Below are positions 32,811 through 41,421 of a DNA stretch of 64,000 nt, piece by piece; the first letter of the stretch is position 1; every line of letters starts with the position of its first letter. The notes under the pieces are model-generated. The model saw nothing but the letters and a program-made list of their open reading frames with translations, did not search any database and was not told the DNA's origin. The DNA comes from an uncultured Methylomirabilota bacterium (GTDB lineage Bacteria > Methylomirabilota > Methylomirabilia > Methylomirabilales > 2-02-FULL-66-22), in the NCBI GenBank assembly GCA_963845565.1, contig CAWJSJ010000004.1, positions 160,001 through 224,000 of the forward strand. The letters run 5' to 3'. The position numbers and the translations under genes are program-made.

Positions 32811-33050
32811 ATGGCGATCAATCCTATCGCCTCCGCCCGCGCGGTCAACGAGCAGTTCCTTCGCTATCAGCTCACCGCCTTTCCTCTCGCCGACGAGGCG
32901 GTGTCGCGGCAGGCCGACGAGGGCATCCGCTCGCCCGCCAAAGCCTTCCGGGTGGGCCCCCGAATTCGGGACCTCGTGACGCAGGAGGTCCTCCACCCAG
33001 CGTTCCCCGGCATCGTCGAGTATCCCGACCTGGTCGCGCACCAGGATCCC
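32811..33050 (+). pseudogene. N-terminal fragment of a large DEAD/DEAH helicase (up to the Q-motif)
   Basis: MAINPI...EQFLRYQLTAFPLAD...LVAHQ; AGGAGG RBS; no Walker A follows. Confidence 0.5.
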
Positions 33051-33090
33051 GGGTCGTCGATCCGGGAGCCGGCCGAGGGAGACGAGGGCC

Positions 33091-33831
33091 ATGGCGCGTG
33101 ACAACCAGGGGTTCATTTCAGGCGTCCACAATTACTGCGACCGGTGGTGCGAGCGCTGCCCCTTCGCCAGTCGGTGCCGCGCCTACGCCATGGAGATGAG
33201 CATCCGGATCGACGGCTTCGACGGCGAGCTGACGCAGGCCGCCGAGGGGTTGTCGGCGGAGTCGGCAGGGGAGTGGCGTGAGGAGAATTTCCTGGCCGAG
33301 GCCGAGGAGGAAGTCACCGACGCGGAGATCGAGCAGGAGGTGCTGGCGCGGGACGTCGCCCATGCGCTGGCCGAGGTGCACCCGCTGGCCGTCGACGCCG
33401 ACCGCCTCGCGGAGCTGGCCGGGCCGCTCCTCGGCGCGGCCGATGCCGTGTTGACAGCCGGCGGCGACGAGGCCGAGGCCTTCCGGCATCCCGTCGAGGT
33501 CTTGGCGCACTACAAGTATTTCGTGGCCGCAAAGGTCCGCCGGGCGCTCTCGGGTCGGGAGGAGCCTCCGATCCTCGACGACGACGGGCGTCCCTTTCCC
33601 TCCGACGCGGATGGCAGCGCCAAGGTCGCCGCCCTGGCCTGCGCCGCCGCCCGGGATGCCGCCCAGCGCCTGGCAACGCTGGATCCGACACTCACCTCCC
33701 TGGTCGCTCCCTTCACGCGGACGGCCGACCGCGTCCTGGTCCTCCTCGACGCGGCGTTCCCCGGCCATCGCGCCTTCCGCCGCCCCGGCTTCGACGATCC
33801 GTCCGAACGGACGGTACCGGACACCTTGTGA
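33091..33831 (+). CDS. Hypothetical protein with an N-terminal Cys cluster
   Basis: FISGVHNYCDRWCERCPF, DADGSAKVA and C-terminal AFRRPGFD. Confidence 0.75.
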   Translation: MARDNQGFISGVHNYCDRWCERCPFASRCRAYAMEMSIRIDGFDGELTQAAEGLSAESAGEWREENFLAEAEEEVTDAEIEQEVLARDVAHALAEVHPLAVDADRLAELAGPLLGAADAVLTAGGDEAEAFRHPVEVLAHYKYFVAAKVRRALSGREEPPILDDDGRPFPSDADGSAKVAALACAAARDAAQRLATLDPTLTSLVAPFTRTADRVLVLLDAAFPGHRAFRRPGFDDPSERTVPDTL

Positions 33832-33928
33832 CGCGTAACCCGTGGATTTCCCTGGAGCGACAATCCCGTTCTTGTCAGGCGTCGGCCAGAGAATGGCCGG
33901 GCCGATCGGAACCGACGGAGGCTGATCA

Positions 33929-34130
33929 GTGTCGGTGCGGCCGCAGGGGCTCCGAGTGTGCTGCCCAAAGAAGCCCGACTGGGGCGTGGGCCACGTCCTA
34001 TCCGACGACGATGGGGCGATGGTCACCGTCTTCTTCCTAGGACGCGGGAAGCAGAGACTGGATACGCGCATTGCTGAGCTGGACCTCGTGACCGGCCCAG
34101 CCGCGGTAAATCCGGTCCACGATCCACTTT
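33929..34130 (+). pseudogene. DUF3553-like SH3-fold fragment
   Basis: RV.CPKKPDWGVGHV...VTVFFLGRGKQRL. Confidence 0.45.
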
Positions 34131-34338
34131 GGAAGAGCCAGCCCCCTCCCGGCGATCTCACGGATCTGCGCCACGCGTGGCGAGTGAATCGCAGTTGCCA
34201 CGCAGGTGCGACGTTGGTACACTGCAGATCGGCTAGGGACAGGAACCGGAAGAGCAGGTATCCCGTGGCGCAGGAACGTGTCGGGGTGGACGTTGCGCGT
34301 GCGACCGAAGAGGGATCATTCTTGCGGACGATGACGCC

Positions 34339-34680
34339 ATGACCACACCTCGGACACTGGCCCCGCAGCAAACGGCGGCCCTCGAAGCGTTCGCCGGAGG
34401 GGTGCGCAGCCTCCTGGGCGACCGCCTTGTGGCGCTGAAGCTCTTCGGCTCCCACGCCCGCGGCGACGCCGGCCCGGACTCCGATCTGGACGTCCTTGTA
34501 CTGGTGGAGGAGGCGACTCCCACTCTGGAGAACCACGTCCTGGACCTCGCCTTCCACGTGAATCTGGTGCATGACGTCTATATTTCTCCCCGGGTGATCG
34601 CCCGACGCATCTTCGAGGATCCCGTCTGGCGCAGTACCCCCTTCATTCGCGCTCTGGAAACGGAAGGGGCAGCTCTGTGA
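34339..34680 (+). CDS. Minimal nucleotidyltransferase (MNT) antitoxin
   Basis: LFGSHARGDAGPDSDLDVLVL. Confidence 0.9.
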   Translation: MTTPRTLAPQQTAALEAFAGGVRSLLGDRLVALKLFGSHARGDAGPDSDLDVLVLVEEATPTLENHVLDLAFHVNLVHDVYISPRVIARRIFEDPVWRSTPFIRALETEGAAL

Positions 34681-35081
34681 AGCCGGAGCTCGCGGCCCTG
34701 GCGCGGCACCGCCTGGCCCAAGCACACGAAACCCTCGCCGAGGCGGAGCAACTCCTCGCCAGTCAGGCGCTCCGGGGTGCGGTCAATCGATTGTACTATG
34801 CGGCGTTCTACGCCGCACGCGCCCTGCTGGCCCTTCGGGAGGTGGACGCCGCCCGACACAGCGGTGTCATCAGTCTCTTTCAACAGCACTACGTCAAGAC
34901 GGGCCTCGTCGCCGCGGAGACGGGCAAGATCCTGGCTCGCGCCTTCGAGAAGCGGCAGAACTCCGATTATGAGGATTTCGCCACGGTCGAACCCGCCGAC
35001 GCCCAGGATCTCGCCTCTGCCGTGCAGACCTTTGTAGACACCTGCAAACTACTCCTCGATCGGTTGCTCCGAGACGTGTGA
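34677..35081 (+). CDS. HEPN domain protein
   Basis: AVNRLYYAAFYAARALL, HSGV and RQNSDY; GTGA overlap with the MNT gene. Confidence 0.9.
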   Translation: MKPELAALARHRLAQAHETLAEAEQLLASQALRGAVNRLYYAAFYAARALLALREVDAARHSGVISLFQQHYVKTGLVAAETGKILARAFEKRQNSDYEDFATVEPADAQDLASAVQTFVDTCKLLLDRLLRDV

Positions 35082-35093
35082 ATCTGATTTCCC

Positions 35094-35126
35094 GTGACCT
35101 CAGATGTCACACCCTCGCGGTATCCT
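35094..35126 (+). promoter_or_regulatory. Palindromic operator plus -10 box (putative WYL-activated promoter 3)
   Basis: GTGAC-CTCAGAT-GTCAC-N10-TATCCT. Confidence 0.7.
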
Positions 35127-35173
35127 CCCTGTGCGCCGGCCGTGTCAACCCACGCCGGGCCAAGGAGGAACCC

Positions 35174-35812
35174 ATGGCGACCAAGACGTTCCCCGACACC
35201 CAGACCTGCGCGTTTCCCGGCGAGAAACCGACGCTCGCCGTGGACGTCGAGGCCGACCTCCAGGGCCGGGTCGTCTCGTGCGAGGCGGCGCTGGCGAATG
35301 CCCTCTGGCAGCTTGCCCGGTTCTACCAGGCGGCCGGGCGGCCGGCGGACGCCACCGCCTGCGCGGAGCGGTTTCTCGCGGGCGCCCGGACCCCGGCCGC
35401 ACAGGCCACCGGGTGCCTGCGGGCGGGCCAGCTCCTGGAGCAGCAGGATCGGTACGCCGAGGCGGAAGCGATGTATGCCCGCGGGCTGGCGCTCCGGGCG
35501 GCCGGAATGGACGTGGCCTACTTCCTTCACAACAACCGGGGATACTGCTTGAACCTCCTCGGGCGCCACGCGGACGCCGAGGTCCACACCCGGGCGGCCA
35601 TCGCGCTCGATCCCACCCGGCACAACGCCCACAAGAACCTCGGCCTGGCCCTGGCGGGGCAGGGGCGCCTTGAGGAGGCCGCTCGGTCCCTTTTGGAAGC
35701 GGATCGCCGCTGTCCGCCGGACACCCGGGCGCGGGGCCACCTCACCGACGCTCCTCGCGGAACACCCGGAACTCCTGGCGGGCGATCCGTCTTTGGCGAC
35801 CGCCTGCCGTGA
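35174..35812 (+). CDS. Tetratricopeptide repeat protein
   Basis: HNNRGYCLNLLGRH, AIALDP and AHKNLGLALAGQG; AAGGAGG RBS. Confidence 0.85.
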   Translation: MATKTFPDTQTCAFPGEKPTLAVDVEADLQGRVVSCEAALANALWQLARFYQAAGRPADATACAERFLAGARTPAAQATGCLRAGQLLEQQDRYAEAEAMYARGLALRAAGMDVAYFLHNNRGYCLNLLGRHADAEVHTRAAIALDPTRHNAHKNLGLALAGQGRLEEAARSLLEADRRCPPDTRARGHLTDAPRGTPGTPGGRSVFGDRLP

Positions 35813-35849
35813 GCGGGGGATCCGCCCAGGCCGGGTGGGGAGGGCCTGA

Positions 35850-35975
35850 CAGGCTGCTGAAAACGGCCCATCTACCGCGTTGGCCCGCTCGCGCGGCGCT
35901 GCGACGTACGTGCTCAGTACGCCTCGCGCCACGCATCCCGCGCCGCCTTGTATCTGGACCTTTTTGAGCAGCCTG
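35850..35975 (-). mobile_element. MITE-like repeat, copy 2 (inverted)
   Basis: CAGGCTGCTGAAAACGGCCCATCT...ATCTGGACCTTTTTGAGCAGCCTG. Confidence 0.8.
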
Positions 35976-35989
35976 GGAGAAATGAGGTT

Positions 35990-37472
35990 GTGAGCACCGT
36001 GCCAAAGGTGACGAGAAGGTTGTCGAAGTCCCGGTACCTGTCGGGCCTGCAGTGCGCCAAGCGCCTCTACCTGGAGATCCACGCCCGGGAGTTGGCGACA
36101 CCCTTCGATGAGGGGACGCAGGCGATCCTGGACGCAGGGACGCGGGTCGGGGAGCTCGCCCGGGAGCGGTACCCGGGCGGCGTTCTGGTAGACGTGGAGC
36201 ATTTCAAGGTGGCGGAGGGGCTCGCCCGCACGGCGGCGCTCCTGGTCGATCCGTCCATCACGGTCGTCTACGAAGGCTTCATCGCCTTCGATGACGTCGT
36301 CGTCCGGCCCGACATCCTGGTCCGGACCCGCGGTAATCGGTGGCGGCTGATCGAGGTGAAGTCCACCAGCCGGGTGAAGGACGAGCATCTCCACGACCTG
36401 GCCATCCAGGCCTACGTACTCACCGGCGCCGGCCTGGTCCTGGATGCCACGTGCCTCATGCACCTCAACACGGGCTATCTCTACCCGGGCGGGCCGCTCG
36501 ACCTCCAGCAGCTCTTCCAAGAACAGGAGCTGACCCGCGAGGTGGCCGACTGCCAGGGCGAGATCCCCGCGCGACTCGCCGCGATGCGACAGGTCCTGGC
36601 CAACCCAGCACCCCCGGCCGTCGAGCCGGATGACCATTGTTTTGCTCCGTACGAGTGCCCCTTCTGGGAGCACTGCACCAAGGACAAGCCCGGCTCGCTG
36701 GATCTTCCACCTCCCCGGGAGCCGGCAAGCGTTCCGCGATCTGACGGCGCTGGGCGTCCAGACCATCGACGACATCCCGCCAGGTTACTCCCTGCAACTG
36801 ATCCAGCAGCGGGTGAAGGACAACGTCGAGTGGGTCGGCCCCGGGCTCCACGGAGCGCTCGACACGGTCGAGTACCCGGTCCACCATCTGGACTTCGAGA
36901 CGCTGGGCTCCGCCATCCCGCTGTATCCCAACACGCGGCCGTACCAGGCCATCCCGTTCCAGTGGTCGAACCACATCGAGACCGCGGATGGACAGCTCCG
37001 ACACGAGGCCTATCTGTGCCCGGATCCGCGGGACCCTCGCGAGGAGCTGGCCGTGGCCCTCCTGGAGTCGGTGGGGCAGGAGGGGAGCATCTGCACCTAT
37101 ACCGGCTACGAGCGGAGCGTCCTCACCGGACTCGCCGAGGCCCTCCCGCACCTCCGACCCGACCTCGACCGGGTCTGTGACCGCCTCTGGGATCTCCACC
37201 CGATCATCAAGGCACACTATTACCATCCCGCCTTCAACGGCTCCTACTCGATCAAGGCGGTCCTGCCCGCCGTGGCGCCGCACCTCGCGTACGACGACCT
37301 GGCAATCCAGGAGGGGATGATGGCCTCCCTCCAGTTCCACCGGATGGTCTTCGGCGATGGCGATTCCACCGAGAAGGCGACGATCCGCACCGCCCTCCTC
37401 AAGTACTGCGAGCGCGACACCCTGGCGATGGTGGAGTTGCGGCGGGCGCTCCGGGCCAAGGCGCGCAACTAG
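35990..37472 (+). CDS. DUF2779 domain protein (PD-(D/E)xK-like N-terminus, RNase H-like C-terminus); frameshift near 36695
   Basis: LSKSRYLSGLQC.KRL, RPDIL..LIEVKS, CPFWEHC, LDFET, PFQWS, SYSIKAVLP and YCERDT. Confidence 0.85.
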
Positions 37473-38221
37473 AGCGCGGGTGGGCTCGATAGGGTCGTTG
37501 GGTGTTTGCGCCATAGGGAGTTCGGAAAGCGCCCACGAGTCGCGTCAGACGGCGGGGCGGACACGGTTGGCCCGGAACCGGAAGATGGAGACGGGATGCC
37601 TTCTGACGCGCAGGCCGCTGACTCTCGGTGAGCGGCACGCCGGTGTTTCTTCACGAAGCGCGGAGTACCGAACGGTCGCTTACCGCCAAACCAGCGGGGT
37701 ATCAGGCTGCGCTGCGGTGACCTCCTGCCCCATCCCGCCCTGGCACGAGCGGCTCCAGGAATCGGTTTTTGGCTTGACCGTTTTGTCGTGCTGTGGAACG
37801 ATTCTGCGCAACGAGGAACCGGATTGTCGTCCGGCGCGGCGCCGGAAGGGTAGGCAGTCAGGCGCCCGCGTTCCACGTTCCTCGGTGTCACCGCCGTTCG
37901 AGCTGGCCAGACTCACCCAGGACCCCCGGTTTTCTCTCCGGGGTGTTGACGGGGTGCGGCAATGTGCCAGGTCACGCGCAGACCCCACGCTGTCCCTGCC
38001 ACCTCACGCGTGAACCGTTTCGGCCCCGCCGCCGTGGTCGGATCGGACCGTCCTTCGCGTCGGGGGGCACCGGCTGACGAGGCTCGCCCACGCCCCCGCG
38101 GTATCTGCCTACAGCGACGACCCCACGTGCTGGAGGTGGAACGTCCGCCGCCCGCCCGCCACGATCCAATCATGACGTCCGCGTCTCGTCCTCGGCTGTC
38201 TCCATCTGGGGAGGGTTCATC

Positions 38222-39457
38222 ATGACGCGAGAAAAGACTCACCCTGAAGATCGCGGTCTGCTAACGCGGCGGGCCGTTCTCCTGGGAATCGGCGCCGTCG
38301 CAGGCGCTGCGGCCGTCGCACCCCGAGTCGTTCGGGCCCAGGCCCCGTCCGTCGGGCCGGTGGCGCCGCGAAGCACGGTCACCAGCCCGCCGCGCGACTT
38401 CAGTCCGACGGGAGCGCCGACCACCTACTTCACGGATCCGGACATCCTGACCGTTGACCCATTGTTCAACCAGTACGTCCAGCCCAACAGCGCGATCGCG
38501 CGCCTGTGGACCGGCGCGCTCTGGTCGGAGGGGCCGGCCTGGAGCGGACAGGGGCGCTACCTGGTCTGGAGCGACATTCCCAACAACCGGCAGCTGCGCT
38601 GGCTGGAAGACAACGGCCGCGTGAGCGTCTTCCGCATGCCCGCGAACAACAGCAACGGCAACAGCTTCGACTTCCAGGGTCGGCAACTATCCTGCGAGCA
38701 CCTGACGCGGCGCGTCGTCCGCTACGAGCACGACGGTTCGGTGACCGTGCTCGCCGACTCCTACAACGGCAAGCGGCTCAACTCGCCCAACGACGTCGTT
38801 CCCCATCCGGACGGGAGCTACTGGTTCACCGACCCACCGTATGGGGGTATGCTCTACGAAGGCGCCGCGGACGCGCCCGGCGGGCCGACCAACGCGAGCG
38901 GCCGGCTGCGTTCCCAGGTCGGCCAGGCGGCGGGTATCGGGTTGGCCAAGCGGGAACTTCCGACCAACTGCTACCGGATCGACCCGAGCGGGAGGGTCGA
39001 TCTCGTGATCACCGAGGACCAGGTCCCGGATCCGAACGGGCTGGCGTTCTCGCCCGACTACAAGAAGCTGTACGTCGTCAGCACCGGCAAGGGACCGGGC
39101 GACACCGGGCCGGGCGGCAAGGGCGACATGCACGCCTTTGACGTCGGCAGCGACAACAAGCTGTCCAACCAGAAGCTGTTCAGCGATTTCATGATCGATG
39201 GCGTGAAATGCGGGCCGGACGGAGTCCGCTGTGACGTGGACGGCAATCTCTGGTGCTCCAGCAACGCCGGCCGCGCCGTCGGCTACAGCGGTGTGACCGT
39301 CTGGACCCCCGAGGGCAAGCTCATCGGGCGCATCCGTCTCCCCGAGATCTGCGGCAACGTGTGCTTCGGCGGCCCGAAGCGCAACCGTCTGTTCATGGCC
39401 GCCAGCCAGTCCCTCTACGCGGTGTACGTCAACACGCAGGGAGCGGCCCCGGGTTAG
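38222..39457 (+). CDS. SMP-30/gluconolactonase family protein with a Tat signal
   Basis: TRRAVL Tat motif; WSEGPAW, NSPNDV, PNGLAFSPD and PDGVRCD. Confidence 0.9.
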   Translation: MTREKTHPEDRGLLTRRAVLLGIGAVAGAAAVAPRVVRAQAPSVGPVAPRSTVTSPPRDFSPTGAPTTYFTDPDILTVDPLFNQYVQPNSAIARLWTGALWSEGPAWSGQGRYLVWSDIPNNRQLRWLEDNGRVSVFRMPANNSNGNSFDFQGRQLSCEHLTRRVVRYEHDGSVTVLADSYNGKRLNSPNDVVPHPDGSYWFTDPPYGGMLYEGAADAPGGPTNASGRLRSQVGQAAGIGLAKRELPTNCYRIDPSGRVDLVITEDQVPDPNGLAFSPDYKKLYVVSTGKGPGDTGPGGKGDMHAFDVGSDNKLSNQKLFSDFMIDGVKCGPDGVRCDVDGNLWCSSNAGRAVGYSGVTVWTPEGKLIGRIRLPEICGNVCFGGPKRNRLFMAASQSLYAVYVNTQGAAPG

Positions 39458-39508
39458 GAGCCGTTACGAAATAACTTGTCCATTGTCTGTAATTTCGTTA
39501 CGGCTCCT
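39456..39508. repeat. 53-bp inverted repeat (minimal IS-end remnant or terminator)
   Basis: AGGAGCCGTTACGAAATAAC...GTAATTTCGTTACGGCTCCT. Confidence 0.6.
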
Positions 39509-39664
39509 TATGCCGTTCCCGAAATTTCTCCGGTCAAGTTATTCTTTGACAACGGCTTAGAGGGGACCACGCCTGAACCTCGGGTGCGTGTGCCGAAATG
39601 ACGATGACCTCGGATGGGCTCCCTCGTGGGAGCCCATCCGAGGCTCCGGTAGGCGCCGACCTGC

Positions 39665-39816
39665 CAGGCTGCTGAAAAACACGCCTTCCCTCAGGCTGCT
39701 CAAAAAGGTCCAGATGCAAGGCGGCGCGCGAAGGGCCGAGTGAGGCGTACTTCCTGTACGCCGCAACGAGCGCCCAAGCACGCCAACGCCGCAGATGGGC
39801 CTTTTTCAGCAGCCTG
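39665..39816 (+). mobile_element. MITE-like repeat, copy 3, with an extra left IR
   Basis: CAGGCTGCTGAAAAA (39665), CAGGCTGCTCAAAAAGGTCCAGATGCAAGG (39692) ... TTTTTCAGCAGCCTG-CTAG. Confidence 0.8.
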
Positions 39817-40467
39817 CTAGTGGATGCGGCGGCCGACGACCGCGGCGTCCAGGGCGCGCCGGTCCACCCGGAAGAGGCCGCGGATCTGGGCGGGTGTCAA
39901 AAGCGGAGTGTGGGGGACGTCCACCAGGTGCTCCGGGATCCACCAGAGGTCGGTTTCGGAAGTCATCCAGCCGGGATGGACACGGTCGAAGCGCGCCAGG
40001 TTGACGGGGCGGGAGTAGGCGCGAAGCGTCCGCTCGCCGCGCAGGTTGATGTAGTCCTCGAAATAGCTCATGGCCAGCTCGCGCAGGCTGCGATAGACGG
40101 GGGCGCGACAGCGCAGCCCCGAGAAGTTGGACTTGGCGATGGCGCCCCAGTGGCGGTCGGCACGATAAACGGCGATGACATGGTCCGTGTCCTGGACCGC
40201 CTCCAGATCCAGCAGCAGCGGCGGAAAGCCGAGGACGCGAAGCGCAGCCGCGGCGAAGATGGCCCCTTCCAGGCAGTGCGCGGTCCGCTCGGCGAGCACC
40301 CGGCGGGGCGACCAGGCCGTCTCGGCCAGGTGGTAGGGCATGGCGTCCAGCGCGCGCTGAATGCCCGCGGGATGGCGCAGCGCGCGCAGGCTGCGCAACT
40401 CCCTGGCAGTGAACCCGAAACCGCGCACGACGCTCTCCGGGTCGTGGCGGTTGGACGGCGTGCCCAC
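39817..40467 (-). CDS. Hypothetical protein, transglutaminase/papain-like Cys-His pattern
   Basis: AHCLEGA, DHVIAVY and WGAIAKSN; GGAGG RBS before GTG. Confidence 0.7.
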   Translation of the reverse strand: MGTPSNRHDPESVVRGFGFTARELRSLRALRHPAGIQRALDAMPYHLAETAWSPRRVLAERTAHCLEGAIFAAAALRVLGFPPLLLDLEAVQDTDHVIAVYRADRHWGAIAKSNFSGLRCRAPVYRSLRELAMSYFEDYINLRGERTLRAYSRPVNLARFDRVHPGWMTSETDLWWIPEHLVDVPHTPLLTPAQIRGLFRVDRRALDAAVVGRRIH

Positions 40468-40535
40468 TCTGTTGTCCTCCGACGTTGCGGGTCGCGCATG
40501 AAGCCCGCGACGCCTCGCCCCCTGCGGCGGCAACC

Positions 40536-41402
40536 TCACGACGGTCGTGCCTCGAAGGTGTTGCACTGCTTCAGCGTGCCAGACTCGATTCCGCGCCTGA
40601 ACCAGCGAACGCGGTCGGCCGACGTGCCGTGTGTAAAGCTGTCGGGAACGGCGTACCCGCGCGTCTGCTGCTGCAAGCGGTCGTCGCCGATCGCACTGGC
40701 CGCGGTCAGCGCCTCCTCGATGTCGCCGGCCTCCAGGATATTCCGCATGCGGTCGGCGTGGTGCGCCCAGATCCCCGCCAGACAATCGGCCTGGAGCTCC
40801 AGACGCACCGAGAGCGCGTTTGCTTGGGTCTGGCTCGCGCGGCTCCGCGCGGCCTGCACCTTGTCCGAGATGCCGAGCAGGTGCTGTACGTGGTGGCCGA
40901 CCTCGTGGGCGATGACGTAGGCCTGGGCGAAATCTCCCGGGGCCTTGAACCGGACCTTCAGGTCTTGGTAAAAGGCGAGGTCAATGTACACCTTCTGGTC
41001 GGCCGGGCAATAGAACGGGCCCATCGCGGTCTGGCCGGTGCCGCAGGCGGTCGGCGTCGCGCCGGTGAAGAGCACCAGTTTCGGATCCTGGTACTGGCGG
41101 CCGGCCTGGCGGAAGATCGTGCGCCAGGTGTCCTCGGTGTCGGCGAGCACCTTCGAGACGAAGCGTGCCATCTCGTCGTTGGCCGGGGGTTTGTGCGCGG
41201 GCACCGATTGTACCGCCGGGCTTCCGGCGCCCGAGAAGAGACCGAGAATCACGGTCGGATCAATGCCGAAGAAGTAGCTCGCCGCAAGTGCCAGCACGAT
41301 CGCGCCGATCCCGGCGCCCCGACCGACGCCGAAACTTCGTCGGCCGCCCTCGCCGCGGCGATCTTCGACGTTGTCACTTTCTCGCTCGTCGTCGAGACGC
41401 AT
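40536..41402 (-). CDS. YpfJ-like neutral zinc metallopeptidase
   Basis: SDNVEDRR, GPFYCPAD, AHEVGHHVQ, ELQADC and FTHGTS. Confidence 0.92.
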   Translation of the reverse strand: MRLDDERESDNVEDRRGEGGRRSFGVGRGAGIGAIVLALAASYFFGIDPTVILGLFSGAGSPAVQSVPAHKPPANDEMARFVSKVLADTEDTWRTIFRQAGRQYQDPKLVLFTGATPTACGTGQTAMGPFYCPADQKVYIDLAFYQDLKVRFKAPGDFAQAYVIAHEVGHHVQHLLGISDKVQAARSRASQTQANALSVRLELQADCLAGIWAHHADRMRNILEAGDIEEALTAASAIGDDRLQQQTRGYAVPDSFTHGTSADRVRWFRRGIESGTLKQCNTFEARPS

Positions 41403-41421
41403 GTGCGCCTCCCTTCTTCCG

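Larger units (their letters stand above)
16850..37500. mobile_element. ssrA-adjacent accessory/defence island remnant; no integrase or attR seen
   Basis: Abrupt switch to TA modules, gene fragments, IS, WYL, Fic and HEPN genes right after the ssrA 3' end; right boundary approximate. Confidence 0.6.

Noticed and set aside
16850..37500. Integron cassette array or CRISPR array
   Set aside because: Genes are in mixed orientation, no attC-like sites or IntI were seen, and there are no regularly spaced repeats with unique spacers or cas genes.
16810..38200. Intact prophage or ICE integrated at ssrA
   Set aside because: No integrase, phage structural or conjugation genes, and no second copy of the ssrA 3' end were seen.
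37473..38221. ORFs in the gap before the gluconolactonase gene
   Set aside because: No recognisable motifs or convincing RBS; treated as intergenic or decayed sequence.
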